This document shows, in pieces, positions 1 through 8,502 of a DNA stretch of 28,110 nucleotides (positions within the stretch are counted from its first letter, which is position 1; every line of letters starts with the position of its first letter). Under the pieces are notes generated by a model that worked only from the letters and a program-made list of their open reading frames with translations, was not told the origin of the DNA and did no database searches. Source of the DNA: Thermoproteota archaeon (lineage in GTDB: Archaea > Asgardarchaeota > Jordiarchaeia > Jordiarchaeales > Freyrarchaeaceae). Location: NCBI GenBank assembly GCA_029258835.1, contig JAPDJY010000017.1, positions 1 to 28,110 on the forward strand. The letters are read 5' to 3'. The translations under genes and the position numbers were made by a program.

Positions 1-195
1 TTAGAGGATGGAGGAAAGGTTGCCTGGCAAAAGATGCGAAGCAGCCAGCTGTACAGGAGTCTATGTGACCCCTCGAGGCTTTCAGGGAAGTGTGCGGCTT
101 GCAAGTTTAGGGACGTCTGCATGGGCGGGTGTAGGGCGAGAGCGTACTTAACCACTGGAAGCTTCTTTAATCCAGATCCTCTCTGCCCAATGTAG
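1..195 (+). CDS. Radical SAM/SPASM-domain protein, 3' end only (5' part lies outside the window)
   Basis: Frame 1 reads ...LSGKCAACKFRDVCMGGCRARAYLTTGSFFNPDPLCPM*, matching the SPASM C-terminal CxxC-x5-C-x-GGC-R...DPxC motif. TAG at 193-195. Not in the ORF track. Confidence 0.88.
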   Translation, partial: LEDGGKVAWQKMRSSQLYRSLCDPSRLSGKCAACKFRDVCMGGCRARAYLTTGSFFNPDPLCPM

Positions 196-484
196 AACTC
201 ACAGAGACAAGTGCCCATCAACCCTTAATGTTTCACTTTAAAACCCCTTTAGGCCGTGTTTAAGCCGTCAAGTCAAGCAAACACGCCATATTTTCAACTC
301 TTTTTAACTATTTATCAACTCCTAAAATATCCTAAGAATGGAAGGAAAGATGTAATAACTATTATTGAGAGCCGCTTGTTACCAACTACTTTTATTATTT
401 TTCGCTTAAAAATGAAAGAGTTAATAAGCGTAGAGGCTTCATTTATTATCCGTAACTTTACAATTCAGTGGTTGCGTGGCTAAC

Positions 485-856
485 ATGGCTGAAGACGCTG
501 ATATTGAGATCATTGTAAAAGAAGTTAGTGAATCTATAAGAAACGTTCAGGATAAGCTCCCTGGATTCCACACACTTCTACTTCTCCTCTTAGAGGAGTT
601 AGAGGTTGAAAAACTAGAGGACGTAGTTAAGGTTGCCATATTAAACCCGAAAAAGTTCTATAGCGCGTTCATAAAACTGTTAAAATCCCCCCTAGTCGCA
701 GACGGGTACATATATCTCCTACTAACAACCATCTTCAAAAAGTATAGAACCTCATTTACTGTCAGCGATGCTGTGAAGGCGTTAAGAAAGGGAGATTTAA
801 ACGAGTGGAGAAAAATAATTAAGGAATTATCTGTGAAAATTGCCGGGGAACGTTAA
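485..856 (+). CDS. Small helical archaeal protein, DUF3227/NitrOD5-like (putative KaiC-associated output protein)
   Basis: ORF track 476..856; ATG at 485 preferred. The pattern PG..TLL...AILNPKKFYSAFIKLL...AD....LL...VKALRKGD resembles small archaeal DUF3227-type proteins as I recall them; not searched. Confidence 0.55.
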   Translation: MAEDADIEIIVKEVSESIRNVQDKLPGFHTLLLLLLEELEVEKLEDVVKVAILNPKKFYSAFIKLLKSPLVADGYIYLLLTTIFKKYRTSFTVSDAVKALRKGDLNEWRKIIKELSVKIAGER

Positions 857-858
857 AC

Positions 859-1767
859 CTATCTCCTCTTGAATTCTGGAAAGTTGGTTTCGGTTATTGG
901 CTCCCAGCCCATTTCTATCTTTTCCAGCACGTCTTTCGAAAGAGACCGAAATATGGAGTGGTAAAGCTCTGACGTCAGCCATTTCAGCGTTATCCCTCTA
1001 CTTTTCACTCTCTCCTCCACCTCTTGAGATGCTAGTTTTAGTGGGTCATACCGTATGGATGCAATAGCTCGGCCCCAGTAATCCGTGTAGGGAGGCGTCC
1101 AAACCCGGTACGGCCTTACTATAGGGAAGACTTCCCTCATGGTTGCAAGCACCCTATAAAAGAACTCCTCACATGAATCAGGCGATTCAACATGTGTCGT
1201 GAAGATTCCGCCATCCGACAGGTGCTCTTTCACAAGAATGAAGAACTCTTTGGTGAAAACAGACTTAGCAGGGCCCACGGGGTCGGACATGTCATTTATT
1301 ATCACGTCAAACTTCTGGTTGCATTTTTCAAGAAATGCCCTGCCGTCATCAAAGATTAACTTGACTCTTGGGTCGGAGAAGCCGGCAGATATTTCTGGGA
1401 AGTACCTTTTAGCTGTTTTAACGACTTCCTCGTCGATTTCCACCACGGTGACTGATTCAACGTTATGCTTTACAACTTCAGTGGTTGACCCCCCATCTCC
1501 TCCTCCTATTATGAGCACATCCTTCGGGTTTGGGTGAAGGAGGAGGGACGGGTGAACCATACTCTCATGAATGTACGCGTTAAACTTAGAGGAAAGCTGT
1601 ATTTCCCCGTTAAGAACAAGGATCCTTCCAAAGACGCTTGAATCGTACACCTCTATCCTCTGATACCTTGAAAAGCAAACGTACACGGGTTTAACTTTGA
1701 TAAGCGTCATCCTCGCCTCGCTCTGCCAACTTGCAAACCATAGTGTTAAGCTTTCCTCATTGCTCAT
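859..1767 (-). CDS. speE: Polyamine aminopropyltransferase (spermidine synthase family)
   Basis: SRYQRIEV, FGRILVLNG, HESMVHP, VLIIGGGDGG (dcSAM loop), VEIDEEVV, DDGR, DMSDPVGPA, FTKEFF. SD GGAGGAGG lies just upstream on the - strand (1772-1779). Confidence 0.9.
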   Translation of the reverse strand: MSNEESLTLWFASWQSEARMTLIKVKPVYVCFSRYQRIEVYDSSVFGRILVLNGEIQLSSKFNAYIHESMVHPSLLLHPNPKDVLIIGGGDGGSTTEVVKHNVESVTVVEIDEEVVKTAKRYFPEISAGFSDPRVKLIFDDGRAFLEKCNQKFDVIINDMSDPVGPAKSVFTKEFFILVKEHLSDGGIFTTHVESPDSCEEFFYRVLATMREVFPIVRPYRVWTPPYTDYWGRAIASIRYDPLKLASQEVEERVKSRGITLKWLTSELYHSIFRSLSKDVLEKIEMGWEPITETNFPEFKRR

Positions 1768-2066
1768 AATGCCTCCTCCGTCTGATAGATTTAAGGACGC
1801 TATTAAAGAACTTGGCTATAGGGTTTTAAGGTTTTCAGCATCTATGCCTTTAAGCACTCCAAGGCGGGGAACGAGCCCCATTCGGGTGGAGGCGGGCAGC
1901 TACCACCCTAATCTTTATAAATATACCATCAATAAACATATATCGGAGCATGTCTATTAATTATTTAAAGCATCTCCCAGTTTCTTAAATGCTAGAAAAG
2001 AAAAACATATACTTATCCGTCAAAGAGCAACTATTAGTTATTAGTTCTAACGTTTGAGCGCAGGTA

Positions 2067-2513
2067 ATGTCCTTGAAAACCACCCTTAGAAAATTTATTG
2101 GAGGACTTAGAGAGTTGAAAGTCGTGGTTCAGCCGTGTAGCGGCTTCGGGAAGGTCTACGGGGTAGTTGCAAGGGAGGCAGTCCGAATCCTAGCTGAAAA
2201 GCTGAGACCTGGAAAGGTCACGTACATCTGCCTCCCTAGGCTTGTATGCGAGGACGAAGAAGCTAGAAAGTTGATTAAGGAGAACCCTTGCATAACGGTT
2301 GACGGGTGTGCAAGCAGATGCGCTAGGGAGCTTGTTGATGAGGCTGGAGGAAAACTGCTAATGAGCCTATCGGTTGTTGAGGTGTTAAGGGAGAACAGGA
2401 GGCTTAAGCCAAACCCTCATTCCTTGATAAGCCTTGATGATAAAGGGTGCAAGCTTGCCGAGAAAGTTGCGGAGAAGCTGGCTTTAGAAGTAGATCGAAT
2501 ACTGGAAGTGTGA
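2067..2513 (+). CDS. DGC-domain putative zinc-binding protein
   Basis: PCSG ... ICLP ... TVDGCASRCA: the four-Cys DGC family pattern. Confidence 0.85.
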   Translation: MSLKTTLRKFIGGLRELKVVVQPCSGFGKVYGVVAREAVRILAEKLRPGKVTYICLPRLVCEDEEARKLIKENPCITVDGCASRCARELVDEAGGKLLMSLSVVEVLRENRRLKPNPHSLISLDDKGCKLAEKVAEKLALEVDRILEV

Positions 2514-2516
2514 CTC

Positions 2517-2951
2517 ATGGGCTGGGAGTCTTTCACACCCAAGCTTGTAGGAGTAATCCCATGTGGAGGCGAGGAGCTTCCCGAGGGCGAGGTTACACGC
2601 CTCGCTACGGGGATAGTCGTAGAAAAGCTACGTAAAGGGCGAACATCAACCCTATGCTTACCTCTCCTACTACGTAAAGGAGAAAATGAGATATCATTCA
2701 TAGAGAACTATCCGGTAATCGTGGTTGATGGATGCAGCAAAAAGTGCGGTACCTGCGTCCTTCGAAAGCTAGGCTATACCCCTGATGAAACAGTAATTGT
2801 TTCAGACGTGGCGGGAAAGCTAGGGACAACCTTATCTCAAGAAACAGTCAACGAACTCTCCCACATGGTGGCCGAGGAAGTAGCTAAAAAAGTCGACATG
2901 GTTTTCCACAGAATAGCTGAGGATAGGAAAACAGAGCCTATAGAATCGTAA
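2517..2951 (+). CDS. DGC-domain putative zinc-binding protein (second paralog)
   Basis: IPCGG ... LCLP ... VVDGCSKKCG; same architecture as the upstream paralog. Confidence 0.85.
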   Translation: MGWESFTPKLVGVIPCGGEELPEGEVTRLATGIVVEKLRKGRTSTLCLPLLLRKGENEISFIENYPVIVVDGCSKKCGTCVLRKLGYTPDETVIVSDVAGKLGTTLSQETVNELSHMVAEEVAKKVDMVFHRIAEDRKTEPIES

Positions 2952-3310
2952 CAAAATCAATGTTAAATAGCTCTCCACCTTTGCAATAAGAACGTTTAGA
3001 GGCCTTCCAAGAGAATACGTTGCAGCAGTGAAAGGGGCAGGTGGACTAGGCCGAGAGGAGCGCGAGCGTCATTTTTTCACCTAAGGAGAGAAAGGAAGGC
3101 TGAAAGGTCTCCCCCACTAAGCCCCCTTCTCTCCTCTCCCTGATTTTTTAATTCTTCAACCCCTCCGGTAGCACTTAAAGTGAGGTCTAACTTAAGAGGG
3201 AGAGTGTAGTGTTTAGATGATGAATTAACTGCTTGGCATGTTTCTTGCCTTTTTAAGCGATTTAGCGTGATGAGCCAAGGTTGAAGTACGTTTCTCTCGT
3301 GCTGAAAGGG

Positions 3311-3330
3311 AGTATAAGAAAGTATAAGAA
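3311..3330 (+). repeat. Perfect tandem 10-mer (AGTATAAGAA)x2 upstream of the first KaiC-like ATPase; candidate operator
   Basis: Read directly at 3311-3320 and 3321-3330. A regulatory role is inferred. Confidence 0.6.
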
Positions 3331-3422
3331 AACTTGAAAAATAATTAAAAAACACTTAAATAACATGCTTCCACTGTAATATTTTGCAGTATTTTTAACT
3401 GGGTTACTGGGGGAGGATTCTT

Positions 3423-4838
3423 TTGTCTTCTGGTGACATTAAGCTGCCAGGTGAGCTCGCCGAGGCGTGTACTCGTGAGAGAGGGTTTAGCTTTCTTGTT
3501 AGGGGAGACCCCGGGTCCGGAAAGACCATTTTAATGCTAAGTATTTGCAAGCTTCTTAAGGGGTCTAGCGACACCTTTTATGTCACGTCAAGGGTGACAG
3601 CCGATGAGCTCGTCGTTGACTATCCTCTAGCCAGGGAGGCCTTAGATAGGGATAAGCTTATAGACGCTACAGAAAGCAAAGCGGAAACTAAGCTGGAGAT
3701 GATGGTTTCCCTAAGAATGTACGATAAGCCTTCTTTCCTACAGACGATTTATTCTTTTATTAAGAAAAGTGGTAAGCCTGCTACGGTCATTGTTGATAGT
3801 TTGGAGGCTTTAAAGTTTTCCTTGAAAATGCCGCAGGATGACATGTCCCTCGAGGAGGCCCTGATCGACATTTCCAGGGAGACTTCGGGAAAGATTTTCT
3901 TCGTCATGGAAAACTCTAAGAGGACGATTCTAGACTACATGGTTGACGGGATAATCACCCTTCAAAAGGATGGTGAGGGTAGGCTCATCAGAACTCTTAG
4001 AGTAGAGAAGATGCGTGGCATTCCGATAAGGCAGCAAGTACATCTTTTCACCCTGAGAAACGGTGTTTTCCAAGCCATAGAGTCAGAGCGCTTCTCCTTA
4101 GCGCAGAGGGTTGCTAGAGCCGACGTGAAGCCAAGCATGACCCCATGCTCACCCCAACATGCCAACTATATTTCGACGGGCATAAAGGGGTTAGATGAGC
4201 TGCTTGGAGGAGGCTACCTTAAAGGAAGCTTTAACCTCATCGAAATAAAAGGTGGAGTGGGGGAAAGATACGACTATCTTTACATACCAACTATAGTGAA
4301 CCACATCCTTAAGGGGGGAAGCATAGCCATAATCCCACCGGGGGGAACTCCTGGGAGAACCGTGATGAACCTTCTATTCCGCCTCCTACCCGAAGAGCAA
4401 GTTAAAAGACGAGTCATAGTGGGAGACGTAGCAAGCAGATACTCCGAGGAAGCCGGTGAAAGCGTAGTTCCCTTAAAAGGAGAAGACATTCCTAAGGACT
4501 TTAGCTCCCTGCTCCACATGCTAGGCGAACGAGAGGGAGATAAAATAATTGTTGTAGGAATGGATACGCTGGAGCACTTGTACGGGCTAGACCAGTTGGC
4601 ATTAGCCTTGGGGGAGGTGATCACGGCAGCTAAGCGGTCCGGGATCGTTGAAATAGGACTAGTTAAGTACGGTCAAGCAGTGATAGATGCACTTAACCAC
4701 CTAGCAGATACGCATATGAGGGTTGAAAACGTTGAGGGAACGGTTGTAGCCTACGGCGTTATCCCCCATACGCCAGCGTTCTCCCCTCGACTTACCGACG
4801 AAAAAGGGTTAAACGTTGAGATAATACCAATAGTGTAA
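3423..4838 (+). CDS. KaiC/RecA-superfamily double-domain ATPase, GvpD-like (second domain degenerate)
   Basis: N-domain has Walker A GDPGSGKT, Walker B VIVDS, DYMVDGII and RTLRVEKMRG. The second domain begins ISTGIKGLDELLGGGYLKGS but has EIKGGVGERY in place of Walker A. TTG start after GGGGAGG. Confidence 0.85.
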   Translation: MSSGDIKLPGELAEACTRERGFSFLVRGDPGSGKTILMLSICKLLKGSSDTFYVTSRVTADELVVDYPLAREALDRDKLIDATESKAETKLEMMVSLRMYDKPSFLQTIYSFIKKSGKPATVIVDSLEALKFSLKMPQDDMSLEEALIDISRETSGKIFFVMENSKRTILDYMVDGIITLQKDGEGRLIRTLRVEKMRGIPIRQQVHLFTLRNGVFQAIESERFSLAQRVARADVKPSMTPCSPQHANYISTGIKGLDELLGGGYLKGSFNLIEIKGGVGERYDYLYIPTIVNHILKGGSIAIIPPGGTPGRTVMNLLFRLLPEEQVKRRVIVGDVASRYSEEAGESVVPLKGEDIPKDFSSLLHMLGEREGDKIIVVGMDTLEHLYGLDQLALALGEVITAAKRSGIVEIGLVKYGQAVIDALNHLADTHMRVENVEGTVVAYGVIPHTPAFSPRLTDEKGLNVEIIPIV

Positions 4839-5054
4839 GAGCTCACAACGTCTTTACGTCCTTCCTCCATTAACTGAACGTTTTCGGGTGAAAGATTTCC
4901 CAGGGGCTGCAACCGTTCGTAGGTGTTTCCCACGCCTTTCTAAGTGTTTCTATGATGGATCATGGAAGGAAAATGGTTTAGAACTTAAGCTTTTAAAGGC
5001 TTAAAACCGGGTACACATTCCCCTCTAGAATAGGAAGCTTAAAAAGGTGCAGGT

Positions 5055-5080
5055 AGAACTATAAGAAAGAACTATAAGAA
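5055..5080 (+). repeat. Perfect tandem 13-mer (AGAACTATAAGAA)x2 upstream of the second KaiC-like ATPase; candidate operator
   Basis: Read directly at 5055-5067 and 5068-5080. Shares the TATAAGAA core with the 3311 repeat. Confidence 0.6.
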
Positions 5081-5165
5081 GTAACATGTTGGTAGGTGTG
5101 TTCAAAATGGCTAAGCGATGCTTTATGGGAGTCTTATGCTCCTAGTTTACATGGGAGGTGCTTTC

Positions 5166-6533
5166 TTGCGTTTAGGTGTTAAGGGGTTAGACGATGTTAT
5201 CCGTGATTTCCCGGATAGCGGGCTAGTTATAATTGCAGGCGGTCCAGGTATTGGTAAGAGTGTTTTGGCTGGGCAGTTCATTTATAGGGGGGTTGTTGAC
5301 TACGGCGAGAGGGGGGTTTATGTGAGTTTCGCTGAAACTAAAGCTGCCTTTTACGCTAACATGGCGTCGCTTGGCATGAACTTTGAAAAGCTGGAGAGGG
5401 AGGGACTCTTCCACTTTCTTAATTTCTTCGTTTCAAGAAAGGAGGATTTTAGCCTCTCACTTGACAGCTTGCTGGAGTCCATCTCTAAGTTTAATGCGAG
5501 AAGGGTGGTGTGGGATTCGATAAGCGTTGTTTCCCCCTTGCTAAGCGAGTTCGAAATAAGAAAGCTCATCCAAGTTTTAAAGGCTTTAGTTGTTAACATG
5601 AACGCCCTCTGCGTCCTCGTATGTGAGACGTCCAGCGAGGCTAAAAGCGACGAGATCGGCTCCCTAGGCTTCGTCTCCGACGTAGTCATCCTTTTAAGGT
5701 GGAGGGAGGAGGGAGCCTGGAGGGTTAGGGAGCTCGAGGTTTTAAAGGTTAGAGGCGTTCCTGTCGAGAAAGGCATCTACGAGTTCGACATAGACAAGAG
5801 GCATGGTGGCTTATGGGTTATCTCACCTCCAAAACCCGCTTTCAGAAGGGATCGCTGGGAGAGGGTGGCGACGGGGATCGAGTGGCTTGACGACGCTCTT
5901 CAAGGCGGATTATATCGTGGCTCTCTAACGATGGTCAAAGGCGAGTCGGGGACGGGTAAGACGTGTCTCTGCATACACATAGCTGCTAACTCGGCTAGCA
6001 GAGGGGAAAAATGCGTTTACGTGTCCACCGAGGAGGGTGAGGACGAAGTCTACCATCTTCTTGAAGAGTTCGGCTTCAACTTGGAGTCCATTAAAGGCAG
6101 CATGCGCGTCATACGCTTAATGCCTGACGAGAGCACCCCTTCAAGGCTATATAGCTTCTTCAACTGCCTAGTGGACGAGGAGAAGCCAAGCATTCTGGTC
6201 ATCGACAGCTTAACCCCGTTCAGGCATGCGATGAGCCATGAGCGCTTCTACAAGTTTTTAAGGTACATGCAGTCCCTAGTTAAAGCTAACGGGATCGTAC
6301 TGGTTGCCACATCAACCCTCTCGCTAATCGAAGAAACAGTCGAGACGGATATAATAGGCCTCTTCGACAACCTGTTCATCCTGCGGCATGCCTTGACGGA
6401 CGGAGCCCCCCATAAAACACTGTTCATAGTTAAAGCGAGGAGCAGCGATCACCGGAAAACACCTTTACGGTTTGAAGTGACGCCTCAAGGGATAAGAACG
6501 GTTGGCGAGAGGGCGCCGATGAGCGCCACATGA
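5166..6533 (+). CDS. KaiC-like double-domain RecA-superfamily ATPase
   Basis: Two intact Walker A motifs (GGPGIGKS, GESGTGKT), Walker B VVWDS and LVIDS, and KVRG/KARS arginine-finger motifs. The ORF track starts at 5118; TTG at 5166 after GGAGGTG is the likelier start. Confidence 0.9.
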   Translation: MRLGVKGLDDVIRDFPDSGLVIIAGGPGIGKSVLAGQFIYRGVVDYGERGVYVSFAETKAAFYANMASLGMNFEKLEREGLFHFLNFFVSRKEDFSLSLDSLLESISKFNARRVVWDSISVVSPLLSEFEIRKLIQVLKALVVNMNALCVLVCETSSEAKSDEIGSLGFVSDVVILLRWREEGAWRVRELEVLKVRGVPVEKGIYEFDIDKRHGGLWVISPPKPAFRRDRWERVATGIEWLDDALQGGLYRGSLTMVKGESGTGKTCLCIHIAANSASRGEKCVYVSTEEGEDEVYHLLEEFGFNLESIKGSMRVIRLMPDESTPSRLYSFFNCLVDEEKPSILVIDSLTPFRHAMSHERFYKFLRYMQSLVKANGIVLVATSTLSLIEETVETDIIGLFDNLFILRHALTDGAPHKTLFIVKARSSDHRKTPLRFEVTPQGIRTVGERAPMSAT

Positions 6534-6616
6534 AATCACATGAAGCCATGCTGGCGGAAGCGTTTAACGGAAAGATTTTAACTTTCACTTATAATACCCT
6601 TTGTGGAGGGATCCCC

Positions 6617-7855
6617 TTGAGGGCTATAGTTATCGACTTCAGCCTTTTTAAAGCTGCCTTAACTCTCGCGGGAGCTAGGCTGTCTAAGGGTGCATACTAC
6701 GGTCCTCTCTCCATGGTCTCGTTCAGAGCAGACTACCCTGAGCCTAAGCTGCCAGGGCCGGAATGGGTAAAGGTTAGAAGTGTTCTCTCAGGGATCTGCG
6801 GGTCTGACATGCGCCTCATAACGCTTTCGGAAAGCACGTACCTCTACCCCCTAACATCTTTCCCCCTCATCCCTGGACACGAGGTTGTCGGCGTAGTCGA
6901 AGAGGTTGGCTCAAAGGCTGAGGGCGTGGAGGAGGGGGACAGAGTAGTTTTAGACGACGTGCTGCCATGTAGAGTTAGGGGGATAAAAGACGCATGCCCC
7001 TCGTGCCGTGAGGGAAGGTACTCCCTATGCTACAACTTTGATAGGGGAGTTATTTCCCCAGGGATCTTCACCGGCTTCTGCAGGGATACTGGAGGAGCAT
7101 GGGGGGAGTACTTCGTAGCACACTACTCCCAACTCTTCAGGGTGCCTGAGAACGTCAGCGACGATAAGGCAGTCTTCACCGAGCCATTCTCCGTTTCCCT
7201 TCACGCGGCATTGAAGGGGATTTCAAGCGTTCCAGAGGATGGAACCGTGGCCGTGGTAGGGTGCGGCATGATGGGTATAGGCGTAATAACGGCACTTCGC
7301 ACATTAGGGTTCAAGGGGGAGATAATAGGCGTCGACGTCTACAGGTTTCAGACCGAGACAGCTAGGAGGTTTGGGGCCAGCAAAACCATCTGCCTCGAGG
7401 AGGGCGGTAAAACCATAGAGGGGGTAGCGGAGTTGACGGGTGGAAGAGTGTACTATCCTCCAAGAGATAAGCCGATGTTCGTTGGAGGAGGAGTCGACGT
7501 GGTCTTCGAGTGCGTTGGCCAAGCGCAAACCGTAGACGACTCGTTAAGGATAGCTAAGCCGGGAGGAACGGTGGTTCTCGTAGGAACAGCGGGTAAACTG
7601 AAGGAGGTCGACTGGGCTCCCATATTCTCTAAGGAGCTAACCGTTAAGGGGGTTATGGGGTTTGGGGAGGAGCGCGTGGACGGTGAATCCAGGAGGGCGT
7701 TCGAGCTTGCACTAGAAATGTTCTCCAGTGGAAAAGTAGACCTATCCCCTCTGCTAACACACAAGTTCCCCCTTGAAAAATATAAGGAAGCCCTATGGAC
7801 GGCTCTCAACAAGAATAAAGCTAAAGCCATTAAGATCGCTTTTACATTCTCATAG
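6617..7855 (+). CDS. Zinc-dependent medium-chain alcohol/polyol dehydrogenase
   Basis: GICGSD, PGHEVVG, structural Zn ligands C..CPSC..C, TEP, and Rossmann VGCGMMG. The ORF track starts at 6530; TTG at 6617 after GGAGGG is preferred. Confidence 0.9.
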   Translation: MRAIVIDFSLFKAALTLAGARLSKGAYYGPLSMVSFRADYPEPKLPGPEWVKVRSVLSGICGSDMRLITLSESTYLYPLTSFPLIPGHEVVGVVEEVGSKAEGVEEGDRVVLDDVLPCRVRGIKDACPSCREGRYSLCYNFDRGVISPGIFTGFCRDTGGAWGEYFVAHYSQLFRVPENVSDDKAVFTEPFSVSLHAALKGISSVPEDGTVAVVGCGMMGIGVITALRTLGFKGEIIGVDVYRFQTETARRFGASKTICLEEGGKTIEGVAELTGGRVYYPPRDKPMFVGGGVDVVFECVGQAQTVDDSLRIAKPGGTVVLVGTAGKLKEVDWAPIFSKELTVKGVMGFGEERVDGESRRAFELALEMFSSGKVDLSPLLTHKFPLEKYKEALWTALNKNKAKAIKIAFTFS

Positions 7856-8093
7856 ACACCCTTCTCAAGATGCTTCAAACTCGCTTTTATAGCAGCTAGT
7901 AGCGTCCACTCTACACTCCCTTTCCTTTCGCCATATGCAGCGTTACCCTTGCTTAAGGCCTTCAAAGCCGCTCCGGGAAGGGTGCTGGGAAGCAGTTAAT
8001 GTGAACTTTAAAAGTTCTCCTTAACAATTGCAAGCATGTTCCATTCCGCCATGTTTATTAGAGTTAATGTGCCTCGTTCCGGGGGGGTTTACC

Positions 8094-8498
8094 TTGGTTA
8101 AAAGGCTTGCTGTAGTTGACCCTGAGCGGTGCGTGGGATGCCAGCTTTGCATGTTTGCCTGCACACGCAGGTTCAGCGTTGGAGGGTTCGGAAGAAGCAT
8201 GATTCACGTGAAGTCCGTTGGAGGGGTTGAGCGCGGCTACGTGGTGGTGGTTTGCAGGGCGTGCGATGATCCTGCACCATGCGCTAAGGTGTGCCCGACG
8301 AACGCACTGGTCTCAAGAGGCGGAAAGGGGGTTAGGCTTATAAGGGACAGGTGCATTGGCTGCCAGAGGTGTGTTGAGGCATGCCCCATAGGGGCAGTCT
8401 TCTGGGATGACGAGATCAATAAGCCAGCCATATGCGTCTACTGCGGCTACTGCGCCGACTATTGCCCCTACAACGTTATAGAGCTGGAGGAGGTGTAA
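8094..8498 (+). CDS. 4x[4Fe-4S] electron-transfer subunit (DmsB/HybA-like), AOR partner
   Basis: CVGCQLCMFAC, CRACDDPAPCAKVCP, CIGCQRCVEACP, CVYCGYCADYCP. TTG at 8094 follows a G-run; the AOR gene starts 4 nt after the stop. Confidence 0.92.
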   Translation: MVKRLAVVDPERCVGCQLCMFACTRRFSVGGFGRSMIHVKSVGGVERGYVVVVCRACDDPAPCAKVCPTNALVSRGGKGVRLIRDRCIGCQRCVEACPIGAVFWDDEINKPAICVYCGYCADYCPYNVIELEEV

Positions 8499-8502
8499 TG
8501 AT

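Noticed and set aside
256-483. 75-aa ORF
   Set aside because: AT-rich promoter-like DNA with no SD and no recognisable motif.
1697-1960. 87-aa + strand ORF
   Set aside because: Overlaps the speE start antisense and spans promoter DNA; no motif.
3077-3355. 92-aa - strand ORF
   Set aside because: Covers the hairpin and promoter repeats, has atypical composition and no family features.
3423-6533. Circadian clock (kaiC) or gas vesicle (gvpD) assignment
   Set aside because: No kaiA/kaiB or gvpA-type genes in the window and the KaiC Ser-Thr phosphosites are absent; only a family-level call is supported.
3423-6533. Both ATPase ORFs listed as exactly 471 aa, suggesting a recent duplication
   Set aside because: Coincidence: the second likely starts at 5166 (455 aa) and the two sequences are highly divergent.
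7453-7965. 170-aa antisense ORF and the many similar shadow ORFs within ADH, AOR, ABC, nitroreductase and GT4
   Set aside because: They overlap well-supported genes and show the Ser/Pro/Thr- or Arg-rich composition typical of antisense or off-frame artefacts.
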